Shown: positions 48,300 through 59,052, counted from the stretch's first letter. The stretch: DNA of 64,000 nt from Chloroflexota bacterium (GCA_963663275.1 OY760183.1:1376001-1440000), one strand, 5' to 3'. The notes: generated by a model from the sequence alone, not told the origin. Numbers and translations: made by a program.

Positions 48300-49430
48300 C
48301 TAGGTAGTGAGCTTGACGTAGAGGTAACTGAACACGATGCGGAGAATGGCCGCGGTCGGGATTGCCAGCAACATGCCGGAGATGCCGAACAGCGCGCCGC
48401 CGGAGAGGATGGCAAAGATGGTCAGGACCGGATTGAGTTGCACGTAGCGCCCGACGACGTTCGGGATGATGAGGTAGTCCTCCAACAGGCGGAGCACCGT
48501 GTACATGAGGGCGACCACGATCGCGCTCACCACCGGAGACCATCCGAACGGGCTGGGGTACACGAGCGCGAGCAGCACGGCCGGCGTGGCCGCCAGGAAC
48601 GGCCCGACCAGGGGGATCAACTCCAGCACGCCCGCCACCGGCGCCAGCACCAGCGCATAGGGCACGCCCAACAGCCGCAAGCCGATGTACGTGGCAATCG
48701 ACATAATCACCACCAGCATCAACGCGCCGCGAAAGAAACGGCCCAGCATGTGGTCGATCTGGCTGCCAAGTTGGCCTAACTCCTGGCGGTACGGCGCGGG
48801 CACCATGCGGCGCGCCCAGCCGCCGAAACGATCCGATTCCAGCAGCAGGTAGAACGTGGCGAAGAGGCAGATCAGGAACTTGAGCGCAAGTTCCACGACG
48901 TGCAAGGCCAGTTCCAACGCGGCGTCAACCATGTCGGACGTGGCGGAGTCCAGGGCGGCCGTGAGAAGCCCGCCGGAAGAACCGATGACGCGCTCCAAGC
49001 CGAAGAGGTCGATCTGGGCGTAGTCGCTCAGGGTGCTTTCGAGATTTTCCACGATGCTCGGCATACTCTGGCGCAGGCCCTCCAGTTCGCGGCTGAGCGG
49101 CGGGTAGCCAAAGGTGAAGAGCAGCACGATGCCGCCAAAGAAGAATCCCATGAGGATGAGCGTCACCCAGAACCGGTGCAGGCGCGTGCGTTGGCAGAGC
49201 CACGTTACCAGCGGCGCCAGGAGATAGGCCAGCACGGCCGCCCAGATGAACGGCCAGATGATGACGCGCACACCGTACACGAACAGCAGGGCAATGACGA
49301 CGAGCGCCAGCACGATCGCGGCCTTGGCGCGTTGCGAAAGGCGAAATCCCGGCTGCGGTGTCGACTCCGCCGCGTCCGGCTCCGCCTGCGGTGTGTCTGC
49401 GATCTCCGGCGGATTCGCGGCGCTACTCAT
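48300..49430 (-). CDS. AI-2E family transporter
   Basis: LAYLLAP, ELIPLVGP, LED.LI.P, GG.LFGI.G..LAIP motifs. Confidence 0.92.
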   Translation of the reverse strand: MSSAANPPEIADTPQAEPDAAESTPQPGFRLSQRAKAAIVLALVVIALLFVYGVRVIIWPFIWAAVLAYLLAPLVTWLCQRTRLHRFWVTLILMGFFFGGIVLLFTFGYPPLSRELEGLRQSMPSIVENLESTLSDYAQIDLFGLERVIGSSGGLLTAALDSATSDMVDAALELALHVVELALKFLICLFATFYLLLESDRFGGWARRMVPAPYRQELGQLGSQIDHMLGRFFRGALMLVVIMSIATYIGLRLLGVPYALVLAPVAGVLELIPLVGPFLAATPAVLLALVYPSPFGWSPVVSAIVVALMYTVLRLLEDYLIIPNVVGRYVQLNPVLTIFAILSGGALFGISGMLLAIPTAAILRIVFSYLYVKLTT

Positions 49431-49660
49431 GGCGTCTTCGGTCCATCGGTTTCCGTTCGCGTAGCAGAAGGTCTCTCTACTACTATGACATAGGCGGCGC
49501 GGGAGCGCATCCTGTGTGTGGTGAAGCGCCCAGTAGGCGGCCCAATTGACGGTAGAGGCAAGGCGCGTATGGTTGACAGAATGCTTAGAATTAGCTTAGA
49601 ATGGAAACAGGCGACGTTGTAGACGATGAAGTTGCACAGGCTTGGGCGAGGAGGCAATTG

Positions 49661-50068
49661 ATGGCCAGTAGTAGTGACGTGGATTCTGTTTTGCGGATAT
49701 ATACCTCCTTTCTCTCCAATCAGAAACGGCTCTCGCGCACGGAAATGGGTAAGCGCATCCAGTGGCTCAAAGAGTTCAGCCGTTGTATGTGTGTACGAAA
49801 GACTATGTACGACATAACGGTACGGGACGTTGTGCTCTATTTTGCGGAGTGGGCCGAAAAATTCGAAGATCCTGAAGAATGGTACGACCGCTATAAAGTG
49901 CTGGAACGATTCTTCGACGACCTGGTGGAAATGCAGATGATTGAATCTAATCAGATTAAAGGCATCTACGACGATACGGACATCGAGCCGGACCTGACCG
50001 ACGACGCCGGCCCGGCCGAATCGGTGGCCCCGGTAAACTGGATGCGGCAGGACCACCCCCTCTACTAG
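49661..50068 (+). CDS. Hypothetical protein resembling tyrosine-recombinase N-terminal core-binding domain
   Basis: GAGGAGG RBS; DIT..DV..YF and L.RFF..L....I..N pattern; lower GC. Confidence 0.6.
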   Translation: MASSSDVDSVLRIYTSFLSNQKRLSRTEMGKRIQWLKEFSRCMCVRKTMYDITVRDVVLYFAEWAEKFEDPEEWYDRYKVLERFFDDLVEMQMIESNQIKGIYDDTDIEPDLTDDAGPAESVAPVNWMRQDHPLY

Positions 50069-50220
50069 ACGCTGAACGTCAGCGCATACGTCGTCAAGCG
50101 GTTGGCGCCCGGCCGCGAGCGGCAGCGCCGGAACCGGCAAACCGCTGCCGCCAAGTACGACGTGTGGGCTGACCCCCGGCAAACCCGGATACGACGAATA
50201 CCCCAATTAAGGAGTCGGCA

Positions 50221-50880
50221 ATGGAAGATTCTGTAGCTGCCGCCCCCCACTACGGCGTTGTGGGATTCTTCGTTCTCGGTACGCTCCTCTTCGCGTTTCT
50301 GGCATGGCGATTTGCCTTCAGCCCGGCACCCGTGTTCCGGCACTTCGGCATTGGCCTGGCCTGGACCGCGGCGGCGTTTGCCGTGTGGAGCGCCATCGTC
50401 TGGATTCGCCCGGAGAATCTGCACCTGTGGACGTCAGTTGGAGCGGCGCTGTTCTTCCCGGGCTATTTGTTCTTCCTGAACGCGGCCACCCACACCTGGC
50501 TGCCCAGGAACCGGCGTCTGGCGCTGGGCCTGGCCGGTCTGTACCTGGTGGCCCTGTTCGTCGTGCGCACGTTCATCGCGCCCTCCGAGCCTGGGTTCTC
50601 CGAACGCGGGCTGTTCTACTTCAACACCCAACCGCCCGTGCTGCTACTCTACATAATCTCGTTGGTTGGCGCGGTCATGTCGGCCGGGAACGCGGTTGCG
50701 CGCAACATCAGCGTGCCGTGGGTCTCCAGAGCGACCTCAGTCTGCATCAACCTGGTTGTCGTGTGCGCGGTAATTCTGCTTACCAGTTACGACGACGATC
50801 TGCAAACCTACAACGGCTATCTGCTGGGCGCCGCCCTCCTCGCCCTATCCGTGATCTACCTGCGCCGGAAACCGGCCTAG
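50221..50880 (+). CDS. Multi-pass (about 7 TM) membrane protein
   Basis: AAGGAG RBS; about seven hydrophobic segments. Confidence 0.75.
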   Translation: MEDSVAAAPHYGVVGFFVLGTLLFAFLAWRFAFSPAPVFRHFGIGLAWTAAAFAVWSAIVWIRPENLHLWTSVGAALFFPGYLFFLNAATHTWLPRNRRLALGLAGLYLVALFVVRTFIAPSEPGFSERGLFYFNTQPPVLLLYIISLVGAVMSAGNAVARNISVPWVSRATSVCINLVVVCAVILLTSYDDDLQTYNGYLLGAALLALSVIYLRRKPA

Positions 50881-51021
50881 AGAGCGGCAACTCGACGCGC
50901 CGCGCCGTGAAAGGTGGATTGCCGCTCGCGGAGACCGCGCACGTCTCGAATTCTTGCTAACGGCGCTTCTATCCATTGAGAACGGGAAGGTCGAAGCGCT
51001 GGCTACAGGGCGAAAGACACG

Positions 51022-51774
51022 ATGGAAGCACTCTGTTTCGGCGTCGGTGAGAAGATCGTCTTTATTGGCGACAGCATCACCGACTGCGGGAGGCGCGCGG
51101 AGCCGCACGCGCCGTATGGGAACGGCTACGTCAGTCTGGCGCGCGCTTTGCTGCACGCGCGGTATCCGGCGCGCGGGCTGCGGATCGTCAACCGGGGCAT
51201 TGGCGGCAATACCATCCGCGATCTGGCGGCGCGCTGGCGGGAGGACGTGCTGGCGGAAGAACCGGATTGGCTCTCGGTAAAGGTCGGCATTAACGACGTG
51301 GGGCGTCTCATCATCGGCAATCTGACGGACCACGTGCCCATCGACGAATTTGAAGCCACGTACCGGTCGCTGTTGCGGCAAACCCCGGCCGCCGCCAACG
51401 GCAAGCTGATTCTGATGGAGCCTTATGTGATCGAGCCGCCGTTGGCGGGCGAGCCTGCGGCGGTTTCCGGCGTGAGTCTGGCGGAGGTGCAGGGGCAGTT
51501 CGGCGCTCTGCGCGCCAGCGGCGCGCGGGACGACGCGCTGCTCACCGCCGGCTGGATGTATTTCCGCGCCTACATCGACGCCTACCGCGCGGTGGTGCGC
51601 CGGCTGGCCGCGGAGTACGACGCGCTTCTCGTGCGCACCCAGGCTGCGTTCGATGAGGCTTTGGCCGCGCAGCCGCCCCACGTCTGGGCGGCGGACCGCA
51701 TCCATCCCGCATTGCCCGGCCATGCCGTCATCGCGCGCGCGTGGTTGGCGGCGGTAGGCTACGGCGACGTATGA
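51022..51774 (+). CDS. SGNH/GDSL hydrolase
   Basis: FIGDSITD, NRGIGG, GIND, DRIHP motifs. Confidence 0.92.
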   Translation: MEALCFGVGEKIVFIGDSITDCGRRAEPHAPYGNGYVSLARALLHARYPARGLRIVNRGIGGNTIRDLAARWREDVLAEEPDWLSVKVGINDVGRLIIGNLTDHVPIDEFEATYRSLLRQTPAAANGKLILMEPYVIEPPLAGEPAAVSGVSLAEVQGQFGALRASGARDDALLTAGWMYFRAYIDAYRAVVRRLAAEYDALLVRTQAAFDEALAAQPPHVWAADRIHPALPGHAVIARAWLAAVGYGDV

Positions 51775-51845
51775 TGCGGCGCGCCCCGGCGGCAATCTAA
51801 GCAATTGTAGTGAAGACGGCGCGCGGAGCGCATGAGGAGGGACGT

Positions 51846-52844
51846 GTGAGCACGAAGCTACGGGTCGGCATCGTCGGACTGGGCGGTAACGGCGGTCGTT
51901 TCCTGGACGCCTACGCCACCAACCCGCGCGCGGAAGTGGCCGCGGTCTGCGACGTGCGCGACGACCACCGCGAGGCTCTGCAAGAGCAATATGGCGTGGC
52001 GCACGGCTACGCGGACTTCGCGGCGCTGCTGCGCCATGACGAACTGGACCTGGTTTCCATCCATGCGCCGGATAGGCTCCACGCGCCCTTCACGCTGGAC
52101 GCGCTGGACGCCGAGAAGCACGTGTTCGTGGAAAAGCCCATGGCGACCAGCGTGGAGGACTGCCTGCGCGTGGTGGAACGCGCCGGCCGGGCCGCGACCC
52201 GGGTGGCGGCGGGGCACGTGCTGCGCACGCGGCCGTTCTATCGCATGGTCAAGCAGATGGTGGACGCCGGCGAACTGGGCACGCTCTACGCCATGCGCAC
52301 CCACTACCTGACGAGCGCGATGCGGCGCAGCGCCGGCTTTCTGGAAACGGCGAACAACAGCTACTCGCTGCCGATGCTCACTATGGGCGTGCATCCGGTC
52401 GACCTGATGCGCTGGTACGCCGGCGACATTGTGGAAGTACAGGCGATGGCGAACCGGGGCCTGGCGCTGCCGGGCAATCCCCGGGACGAATCGGTTACGG
52501 CGCTGTACCGCTTTGCTTCCGGGGCCACCGGCAGCATTACGGTGTGCTGGGCGTCGAACTATGTGTTCGACTCGTTCTACGGCCTGGAACTTCACGGCAG
52601 CGAGGCCAGCGTGGTGTGGGATAAGATTCATGGCAAAGAGGGGTTCGAGGCGAGGCCGCTGCCCAAGCCGCCGGAGACGGCGCGCCCCGGCTACGCCGCC
52701 GAGGTAGACAGCGTGGTGGATAGCCTCCTGGACGAGACGCCGCTCTTCTGCGACGTCCACGAGGGCGCGCGCAGCGCCATCGCGTGCCTGAAAGCCGTCG
52801 AAGCGGCGGAGACGGGCAAGACGCTGGCAGTGCCGAATCCCTAG
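51846..52844 (+). CDS. Gfo/Idh/MocA family oxidoreductase
   Basis: VGIVGLG, HVFVEKP, GVHPVD motifs. Confidence 0.9.
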   Translation: MSTKLRVGIVGLGGNGGRFLDAYATNPRAEVAAVCDVRDDHREALQEQYGVAHGYADFAALLRHDELDLVSIHAPDRLHAPFTLDALDAEKHVFVEKPMATSVEDCLRVVERAGRAATRVAAGHVLRTRPFYRMVKQMVDAGELGTLYAMRTHYLTSAMRRSAGFLETANNSYSLPMLTMGVHPVDLMRWYAGDIVEVQAMANRGLALPGNPRDESVTALYRFASGATGSITVCWASNYVFDSFYGLELHGSEASVVWDKIHGKEGFEARPLPKPPETARPGYAAEVDSVVDSLLDETPLFCDVHEGARSAIACLKAVEAAETGKTLAVPNP

Positions 52845-52868
52845 CCGATATTGGCAATGTGTATACGA

Positions 52869-52903
52869 AGAAGCCCGGGGAGTTGAACACTCTCCGGGCT
52901 TCT
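52869..52903. terminator. Bidirectional terminator-like hairpin
   Basis: agaagcccgg...ccgggcttct between convergent genes. Confidence 0.7.
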
Positions 52904-52949
52904 CGTTTCCAAACCGGTCTCGCGTCAGACGATGGGTAAAGCCGTCAGC

Positions 52950-54341
52950 CTACAGGTTGGCGGCGTTCCAGTCGTCCACGATTACCTGGCAGTCTTCCTC
53001 GGCCTTCTCCAACGCTTGCTGGGCGGTGGTCGCTTCTTCGCTCCACCACGGACTCATGGCGTCGGCGTAAGCGCCGCGCAACTCGCCGTACTGCGGATGC
53101 GGGAAGTACGGCTTGGCGTAATCGGCCGCGCGGGCGAAAGCCAGCAGGTTGGACGGATCCGGCTTCTCATCCGTCGGCACGAAGACCTCCTCGGCAATCG
53201 AGTTGATCGCCGGGATGATGTTGCCCTGGCCGCCGGTCCAGCTCAGGTGCTCCGGCCCGACCAAGAAGGAGAGGAACTCGGCGGCGGCGTCCAGCTTCTT
53301 GGTGGTGGCCACCGTGAAGATTTCCTCGATGCCGAAGAACGCGCCCTTGCCTTCCTGCCCGTCGCCCATCGCCGTCGGCTGCTCGACGATGTCGAAGTCT
53401 ACGCCGGCCTCGTGGCGCCGGATCGGCTCCAGGCCCCACGTGCCGTAGACGGCCATGGCGACTTTGCCGTTGGCGAACGAATTGAAGAACTGGGCGTCCT
53501 CCTGCCGGTTGTAGTCCTCGGCCCGCGGGCCGACCTCATACTTGGCCCAGTTGTCCCGCCACCATTGGACGGACTCCAGCCCCAAGGGGCCATTCACCGT
53601 CACCTCGGTGCCGCTATCGTCCATGAAGCCCTGATACATGCCCGCGATCCAGTAGGCGACGTAGTGAATGGTCGCCACGCCCCAGATCTTCTCATCGGAC
53701 GTGCTCAGACTGGCGGACACCTTCTGCGCCGCATCCAGCCGGTCTTCGAACGTGTCGCTATCCTGGGGATAGGGCACGCCGGCCCGGTCGAAGAGTTCCT
53801 TGTTGTAGAACCACGCCGTGGTGTTGATGCCGATCGGCGCCGCCACCAGCTTGCCCTGCCACGTAAGGCCGTTCACCAGCGTCTGGTTGAGCTGGCTCAT
53901 GTCGTACTTCAGGCCCTTGAGCAACTCGTTGGCGTCGTAGAGGATGCCGGCAAAGGGATGGATGCCCACGCCGAACCAGCCCATGTCCGGCGCCGCGCCG
54001 CCCGCCACCGTGGCGAGAAGCTTGGACCGGGGATTGCCGCCAAATGAACCGGCAACGTCCATTGTGTTCACGTGCACACCGGTCTCTTTGGAGTTGTAGG
54101 TCTCCAGGATCCACTCCAGCCAGCGGCTCTTGCCGGAGGAATAGTGGGGCCAGAGGAAGGTGATTTCGGTCGGTTCCGCCATGGCGGGCTTTTCCGCCTC
54201 GGCAGCCATCTCGCCGCCCTCAGCCGGCGCCGCCGGGGCCATGCCGCCCTGGGCGCAGGCGGCCAGCAGCGCCGTACCGCCAACCAGGGTCGCGCCGCCG
54301 CTCAAAAGCTGCCTTCTTGAAATCCGCTTATCGCCAATCAT
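52950..54341 (-). CDS. ABC-type sugar-family solute-binding lipoprotein (Tat signal)
   Basis: SRRQLL twin-arginine, LAAC lipobox, FYNKELFDRAGV, F.NGKVAM motifs. Confidence 0.9.
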   Translation of the reverse strand: MIGDKRISRRQLLSGGATLVGGTALLAACAQGGMAPAAPAEGGEMAAEAEKPAMAEPTEITFLWPHYSSGKSRWLEWILETYNSKETGVHVNTMDVAGSFGGNPRSKLLATVAGGAAPDMGWFGVGIHPFAGILYDANELLKGLKYDMSQLNQTLVNGLTWQGKLVAAPIGINTTAWFYNKELFDRAGVPYPQDSDTFEDRLDAAQKVSASLSTSDEKIWGVATIHYVAYWIAGMYQGFMDDSGTEVTVNGPLGLESVQWWRDNWAKYEVGPRAEDYNRQEDAQFFNSFANGKVAMAVYGTWGLEPIRRHEAGVDFDIVEQPTAMGDGQEGKGAFFGIEEIFTVATTKKLDAAAEFLSFLVGPEHLSWTGGQGNIIPAINSIAEEVFVPTDEKPDPSNLLAFARAADYAKPYFPHPQYGELRGAYADAMSPWWSEEATTAQQALEKAEEDCQVIVDDWNAANL

Positions 54342-54541
54342 GCAAGACCTCCTTCAATGGTCTTTCGTACACGTTCCACACTGCCCTGATCGTATCAACT
54401 ACCTTGGCAGCATCATTACTATACCATAACCCCGTTCGCGTCGTGGAGCAGGGCGCGCTTGGACGCACGCGCCGTAATCTTCGCGCGAGCGCAATGGACG
54501 GAAGGCACAGAGCGGCAATGGAATATGCGTTTTACGCGGAA

Positions 54542-54820
54542 CTAAGGCAGGACGTCCAAGAACAGCGCCAGCAGGAAGCCGAACGCCGCGATGACCAAGG
54601 CGGCCGTGGTGAAGACGAGACCGACGAGCCAGCGCTGCTGCGCGCTGAAACGGTCGGCAATGTCTACTTTCAAGTCGGCGATTGCCGCGTTCAACGCATC
54701 CGTCGTCACAAGGTTGTCGCGGCGGTCGTGTATCGCCTCAACCAGCACCGCGGCGTGGCGCTCGGGTATACCCGCCTGCACAAACGCCGTATAGGTCTTG
54801 TGGGTGTCAAAGACGGCCAT
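54542..54820 (-). CDS. DUF1640/CCDC90-like protein
   Basis: FDT......AG..E.HA head, coiled coil, C-terminal W..G TM helix. Confidence 0.8.
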   Translation of the reverse strand: MAVFDTHKTYTAFVQAGIPERHAAVLVEAIHDRRDNLVTTDALNAAIADLKVDIADRFSAQQRWLVGLVFTTAALVIAAFGFLLALFLDVLP

Positions 54821-54878
54821 CGATTACTCCCTCTCTCGGTTGGAAACCACTCCCGTCACTCAGTGCGGCGCGCCGGCG

Positions 54879-55313
54879 CTAGGCCACCGTCCAGAAGCGC
54901 GGTATCATTTCAAGGGCCGCCAGGATGATGACGATTGCGGCCAAGGCGACGCCGATGAGCCACTTCACCTGCGCGTTGTGGCGGTTGGCGAGGTCAATCT
55001 TGATGTCGGCCTTGAAGTCGGTAAAATCGGTGCGCAGCCTCTCCATGCTCGAGTTCTGATCGGACCGCAGCGCCTCCATGTCGGTGCGCAGCCTCTCCAT
55101 GCTCGAGTTCTGATCGGACCGCAGCGTCTCCATATCGGTGCGCAGCGTCTCCATGTTGGTGCGCAAATTCGCCATATCGGTACGCGAATTCGCCGCGATC
55201 AACTCTATGGCGTGCCGCAATTCCGCAAAGCCGGCGTCTATGCGGGGCTCCAGCGCCTTCAACTCAGCCTTGGTGGCGTAGTCTTCCGGCGGCCGCTCTA
55301 CCTCTGTTGCCAT
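54879..55313 (-). CDS. DUF1640-like coiled-coil repeat protein
   Basis: YATKAEL motif; 54-bp repeats at 55027, 55081, 55135; KWLIG C-terminal TM helix. Confidence 0.8.
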   Translation of the reverse strand: MATEVERPPEDYATKAELKALEPRIDAGFAELRHAIELIAANSRTDMANLRTNMETLRTDMETLRSDQNSSMERLRTDMEALRSDQNSSMERLRTDFTDFKADIKIDLANRHNAQVKWLIGVALAAIVIILAALEMIPRFWTVA

Positions 55314-55408
55314 GGCGCGCTACCTGTTGCTTCTCGCTTCATGCGTATCAGCCGCGTCTATCTTCACCGTACACCCGCAAACTACAGGCGGTCAAGCCTC
55401 GCGCGTTC

Positions 55409-55483
55409 TCCCTCACCCCGGCCCTCTCCCCAGGGAGAGGGAGAAAAGAGCGTGACTGACCGGCCTCTCCCCAGGGAGAGGGT
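55409..55483. repeat. BoxC-like repeats
   Basis: cctctccccagggagaggg occurs twice. Confidence 0.65.
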
Positions 55484-55579
55484 GTCCTGAGCGCGTCCGA
55501 CCAGTGCTATGCAAAGGACTTCCCCAGAGGGAAGCAGGCTCAGTGCTTAGCTATTTGCCAGTCCTACGTTGTTTCGGCG

Positions 55580-56560
55580 CTAGAGCGGCAGAATGACGTC
55601 TCCGCCTTGCTCGGCGGACATGAACGTTGCCAGGCACACTTCCAGGGCGCGGCGGCCGTCGTGGCCGTCGGGCATGGGTGTCCCGCCGGAGCGGGCGCAG
55701 TCGTAGAACGCGGCCAGTTGGTTGCGCATGCCCACGCTGTGGGACTCGACCTCGATCTGCTCGCGGTTGCCGTCGTGGGTAACCAGGAGCGGGTCGGCGT
55801 GCCTGTTGATGTGAATCGCGCCCTTAGTGCCGGCCAAGCCAAAGTTCGAGGCCCCCGCCGGGTAGATCTGGCTGCTGTGCAAGGAGCCAATCGCCCCGTT
55901 CTCGTAATTCAGGGTCGTAATGAAGGTGTCCTCCAGGTCGGTGTTGGCAAACGTGCCGAACGTGGCGTTGCCGTGCACGGAGGCCACCGGGCCGCCCATC
56001 CAGAGCAGCAGGTCGAGTTCGTGCACGGAGGATGACCAGGTGCCGCCCACCAACTTCCGGTCCAGGCGCCACTCGCCCACGCCCACCGGCGGCCGCCCGC
56101 TCAGGCGCGTGGACCACGCCAGCTTGAGGTCGCCGATGTCGCCGTTCTCCAGCCGCTTGTGTATCTCGACGTAGAGCGGCCAGTAGCGCATCACGAAGCC
56201 CAGCATCAGGGGCACGCCGTTTGAGTCGGCGGCCGCGATCATGGCGTCGCAGTCGTCGAGTTGCAGCGCCATCGGCTTCTCGCAGAAGACGGCAATGCCG
56301 GCGTTGGCCGCATCCACGCAGATTTCCCGGTGCGTCCAAGTGGGCGTCACCACCAGAATGGCGTCGAGCCCTTCGTCGATGAGGTCGCCGTGGTGTGAAA
56401 AAGCCTTGACGCCAAGCTCGTCCGCTACCGCCTGGGCGGACTCGATGTTCACGTCCACCACGCCTACCAGTTCGATGCCGTCCATCTCGTGGGAAATCTT
56501 CGCTTCGCTCGGCCCCAGGCCGCCGCAGCCGATTACTCCGGTTCGCAACGCGCTTGCCAT
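55580..56560 (-). CDS. Gfo/Idh/MocA family oxidoreductase
   Basis: GVIGCG, VFCEKPMA, VHELD motifs. Confidence 0.9.
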   Translation of the reverse strand: MASALRTGVIGCGGLGPSEAKISHEMDGIELVGVVDVNIESAQAVADELGVKAFSHHGDLIDEGLDAILVVTPTWTHREICVDAANAGIAVFCEKPMALQLDDCDAMIAAADSNGVPLMLGFVMRYWPLYVEIHKRLENGDIGDLKLAWSTRLSGRPPVGVGEWRLDRKLVGGTWSSSVHELDLLLWMGGPVASVHGNATFGTFANTDLEDTFITTLNYENGAIGSLHSSQIYPAGASNFGLAGTKGAIHINRHADPLLVTHDGNREQIEVESHSVGMRNQLAAFYDCARSGGTPMPDGHDGRRALEVCLATFMSAEQGGDVILPL

Positions 56561-56756
56561 AGCCGCCTCTCCTTGCTAACTGGAAATTGGACACGTCCGT
56601 TCGCCTTACGCGAATTTGGACACCATGATAGCAGGTAGTATCGTCATTTGGGAACTGGGCGGCCGCGCTGAGAGCGCCGGGTCGATGCTGCCCCGAACGG
56701 ACTAATGCCGTTACAATAGAGCCATCGGAATCAGCGCAGTCACGCAGGAGTACACC

Positions 56757-57800
56757 ATGGCGGAAACGTATCGCGTCGGCATCATCGGTTGCGGGTGGAT
56801 GGGAAAGGCGCACGCGCAGGCCTATGCCGAGTTGGACAACGTGGAGATAACGGCCGCGTCCGACACCCATCCCAAGGCTTTAGCGGAGTTGCGGGAAGAG
56901 CACGGCATCGGCCGCGGTTACGCCGACTACCGGGAGATGCTGGACGCGGAAGACCTGGACATCGTCAGCGTCTGCTCGTGGCCGGGGCTGCACGCGCCCA
57001 TGTCGATTGCCGCCGCCGAGGCCGGCGTGCCCGGCATCATCTGCGAAAAGCCCATGGCGCGCACGCTGGCCGAGGCCGACGCGATGATCGCCGCCGCGGA
57101 AGCGCACGGCGCCAAGCTGGTGATCGGTCACCAGGGCCGCTTTCGCGAACAGACGAACGCTATCCGGAATCTCATCGCCGACGGCGCGATCGGCCGGGTG
57201 GAGATGCTCTATATCCAGCAGAGCGGCGGCTTGACCAATAGCTCCATTCACAACGTGGACTACGCGCGCTACATTCTGGGCGATCCGCAGGTGGCGTGGG
57301 TGATGGGTTCCGTCGAGCGGCGCACCGACCGCTACGAGCGCGCCGAGCGCATCGAGGACCGCGCCCAGGCGCTCATTGGCTTTGCCGGCGGCGTGCGCGG
57401 CGTCCTGGAATCGGACATTGGCGACGACCGGCGGGTGCAGCCCTGCATCGTCTACGGCTCCCACGGCAGCATCTTTCCCGTGAGCGGCGGCATCCGCCTG
57501 CTGACGCCGAACGGCAACACCGAGTTTTCGTACAACGAGCCGAATGCCCAGGCGCTCCAGGCGAAGGAGTTGATCGAGTGGATGGAAGGGCGGCGCGAGC
57601 ACCGGGGACACGCGGAAAATGGCCGCCAGGCGCTGGAAGTGTTGCTGGCGATCGCGGCCTCCACCTACACGCGCGGCATCGTCAATCTGCCGCTGGAAAT
57701 CACGGATAATCCGCTGGAGCTTGCCGTGGACGCGGGCGCGCTGCCGGTGGAGAAGCCGGGCGCGTACGACATCCGGGGCTATCTGGTGCGCAAGGACTAG
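56757..57800 (+). CDS. Gfo/Idh/MocA family oxidoreductase
   Basis: GIIGCG, ICEKPMA, IHNVD motifs. Confidence 0.9.
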   Translation: MAETYRVGIIGCGWMGKAHAQAYAELDNVEITAASDTHPKALAELREEHGIGRGYADYREMLDAEDLDIVSVCSWPGLHAPMSIAAAEAGVPGIICEKPMARTLAEADAMIAAAEAHGAKLVIGHQGRFREQTNAIRNLIADGAIGRVEMLYIQQSGGLTNSSIHNVDYARYILGDPQVAWVMGSVERRTDRYERAERIEDRAQALIGFAGGVRGVLESDIGDDRRVQPCIVYGSHGSIFPVSGGIRLLTPNGNTEFSYNEPNAQALQAKELIEWMEGRREHRGHAENGRQALEVLLAIAASTYTRGIVNLPLEITDNPLELAVDAGALPVEKPGAYDIRGYLVRKD

Positions 57801-58005
57801 GCGGAGTACACTGAGACAGAGAACGCGACCGCGCATCTGGCTATCACTTTCTTTCATAGATTCGTCTAGAAGAGCGCCGGGCAGTCCGGTAGCGCAGGTT
57901 TGTAACCTGCGACCCAAGACTGCACACTATTGGCAGAAATGAGGTCAAAGACACGGTCGCACGTACTCAATTCTTGGAACAGCGGACAGCAAAGGAGCAT
58001 TCAAC

Positions 58006-59052
58006 ATGGCCGTACAAAGTGCGCGTGCACTAACGCAGGACGAGTTGGCGGCGAAGCTGGACGAGCAGCCGCGGGTTGCGTTGGGCACGTTTCCCACGCC
58101 GCTGGACGCATGTCCCCGGCTCTCCGAGGCCGTCGGCGGGCCGCCGATCTACATCAAGCGCGACGACCTGACCGGTCTTGCTTTAGGCGGCAACAAGACG
58201 CGCAACCTGGAGTTTCAGTTGGGGCAGGCGGTGGCAACCGGCTGCGACAGCGTGGTGGCCGGGGCCGACACCCAGTCCAACCAGTGCCGCCAGGCCGCGG
58301 CGGCCAGCGCCAAGCTGGGGCTCGATTGCTTCCTGGTGCTCGCCGGCGGCATCCACAGCGAGGTGCAGGGCAACCTGCTGCTCGACCACATCTTTGGCGC
58401 GGACGTTACCGTGCTGCACGACGCCAACCTCGACAACCTGCAGGCGCGCATCGATCCGGTCGAGGCGGAACTGCGCGCCCAGGGACGCAAGCCCTACCGC
58501 ATCACGAGCGCCTATCCCGATCCCGCGCTGCGGGCAATGTGCGGCTACCTGAGTTGCGCGCTGGAGCTATCGACGCAGCTTTCCTCTCTGCCGCAAATGC
58601 CCGGCGCCATCTTCATCACCTCCGGTTCCGGCACCACCCACGCGGGCTTCGCCGGCGGCATCAAGGCGCTGGGGTTGCCCATCCCGGTCGTCGGCGTCTC
58701 CATCAAAGACCCCGCCGGCCAACAGCGCGCCAACGTCGCCCGGCGATCGCAGACCCTTGCGGAACAGCTTGACATTCCGTGCGCCCTCTCAGAGGACGAG
58801 GTGATCGTCACGGACGACTATCTGGGCGCCGAATACGGCGTAACCACGGCGGAGGGCATGGAAGCGATCCGGCTCACGGGACGGCACGAGGGCATCCTGC
58901 TCGATCCGGTCTACACCGGCAAGACCATGTCCGGCCTCATCAGCTATGCGCGCGCCGGCAAACTGCCCGCCGATCAGCCGGTAATCATGGTACACACCGG
59001 CGGCATTCCGGCGCTCTTTGCCTACCACGAAGAACTGGCGGCCGCGCTCTAG
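58006..59052 (+). CDS. D-cysteine desulfhydrase / ACC deaminase family PLP enzyme
   Basis: KRDDLTG..GGNK.R, QSN, GSGTT, LDPVYTGK, HTGG motifs. Confidence 0.92.
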   Translation: MAVQSARALTQDELAAKLDEQPRVALGTFPTPLDACPRLSEAVGGPPIYIKRDDLTGLALGGNKTRNLEFQLGQAVATGCDSVVAGADTQSNQCRQAAAASAKLGLDCFLVLAGGIHSEVQGNLLLDHIFGADVTVLHDANLDNLQARIDPVEAELRAQGRKPYRITSAYPDPALRAMCGYLSCALELSTQLSSLPQMPGAIFITSGSGTTHAGFAGGIKALGLPIPVVGVSIKDPAGQQRANVARRSQTLAEQLDIPCALSEDEVIVTDDYLGAEYGVTTAEGMEAIRLTGRHEGILLDPVYTGKTMSGLISYARAGKLPADQPVIMVHTGGIPALFAYHEELAAAL

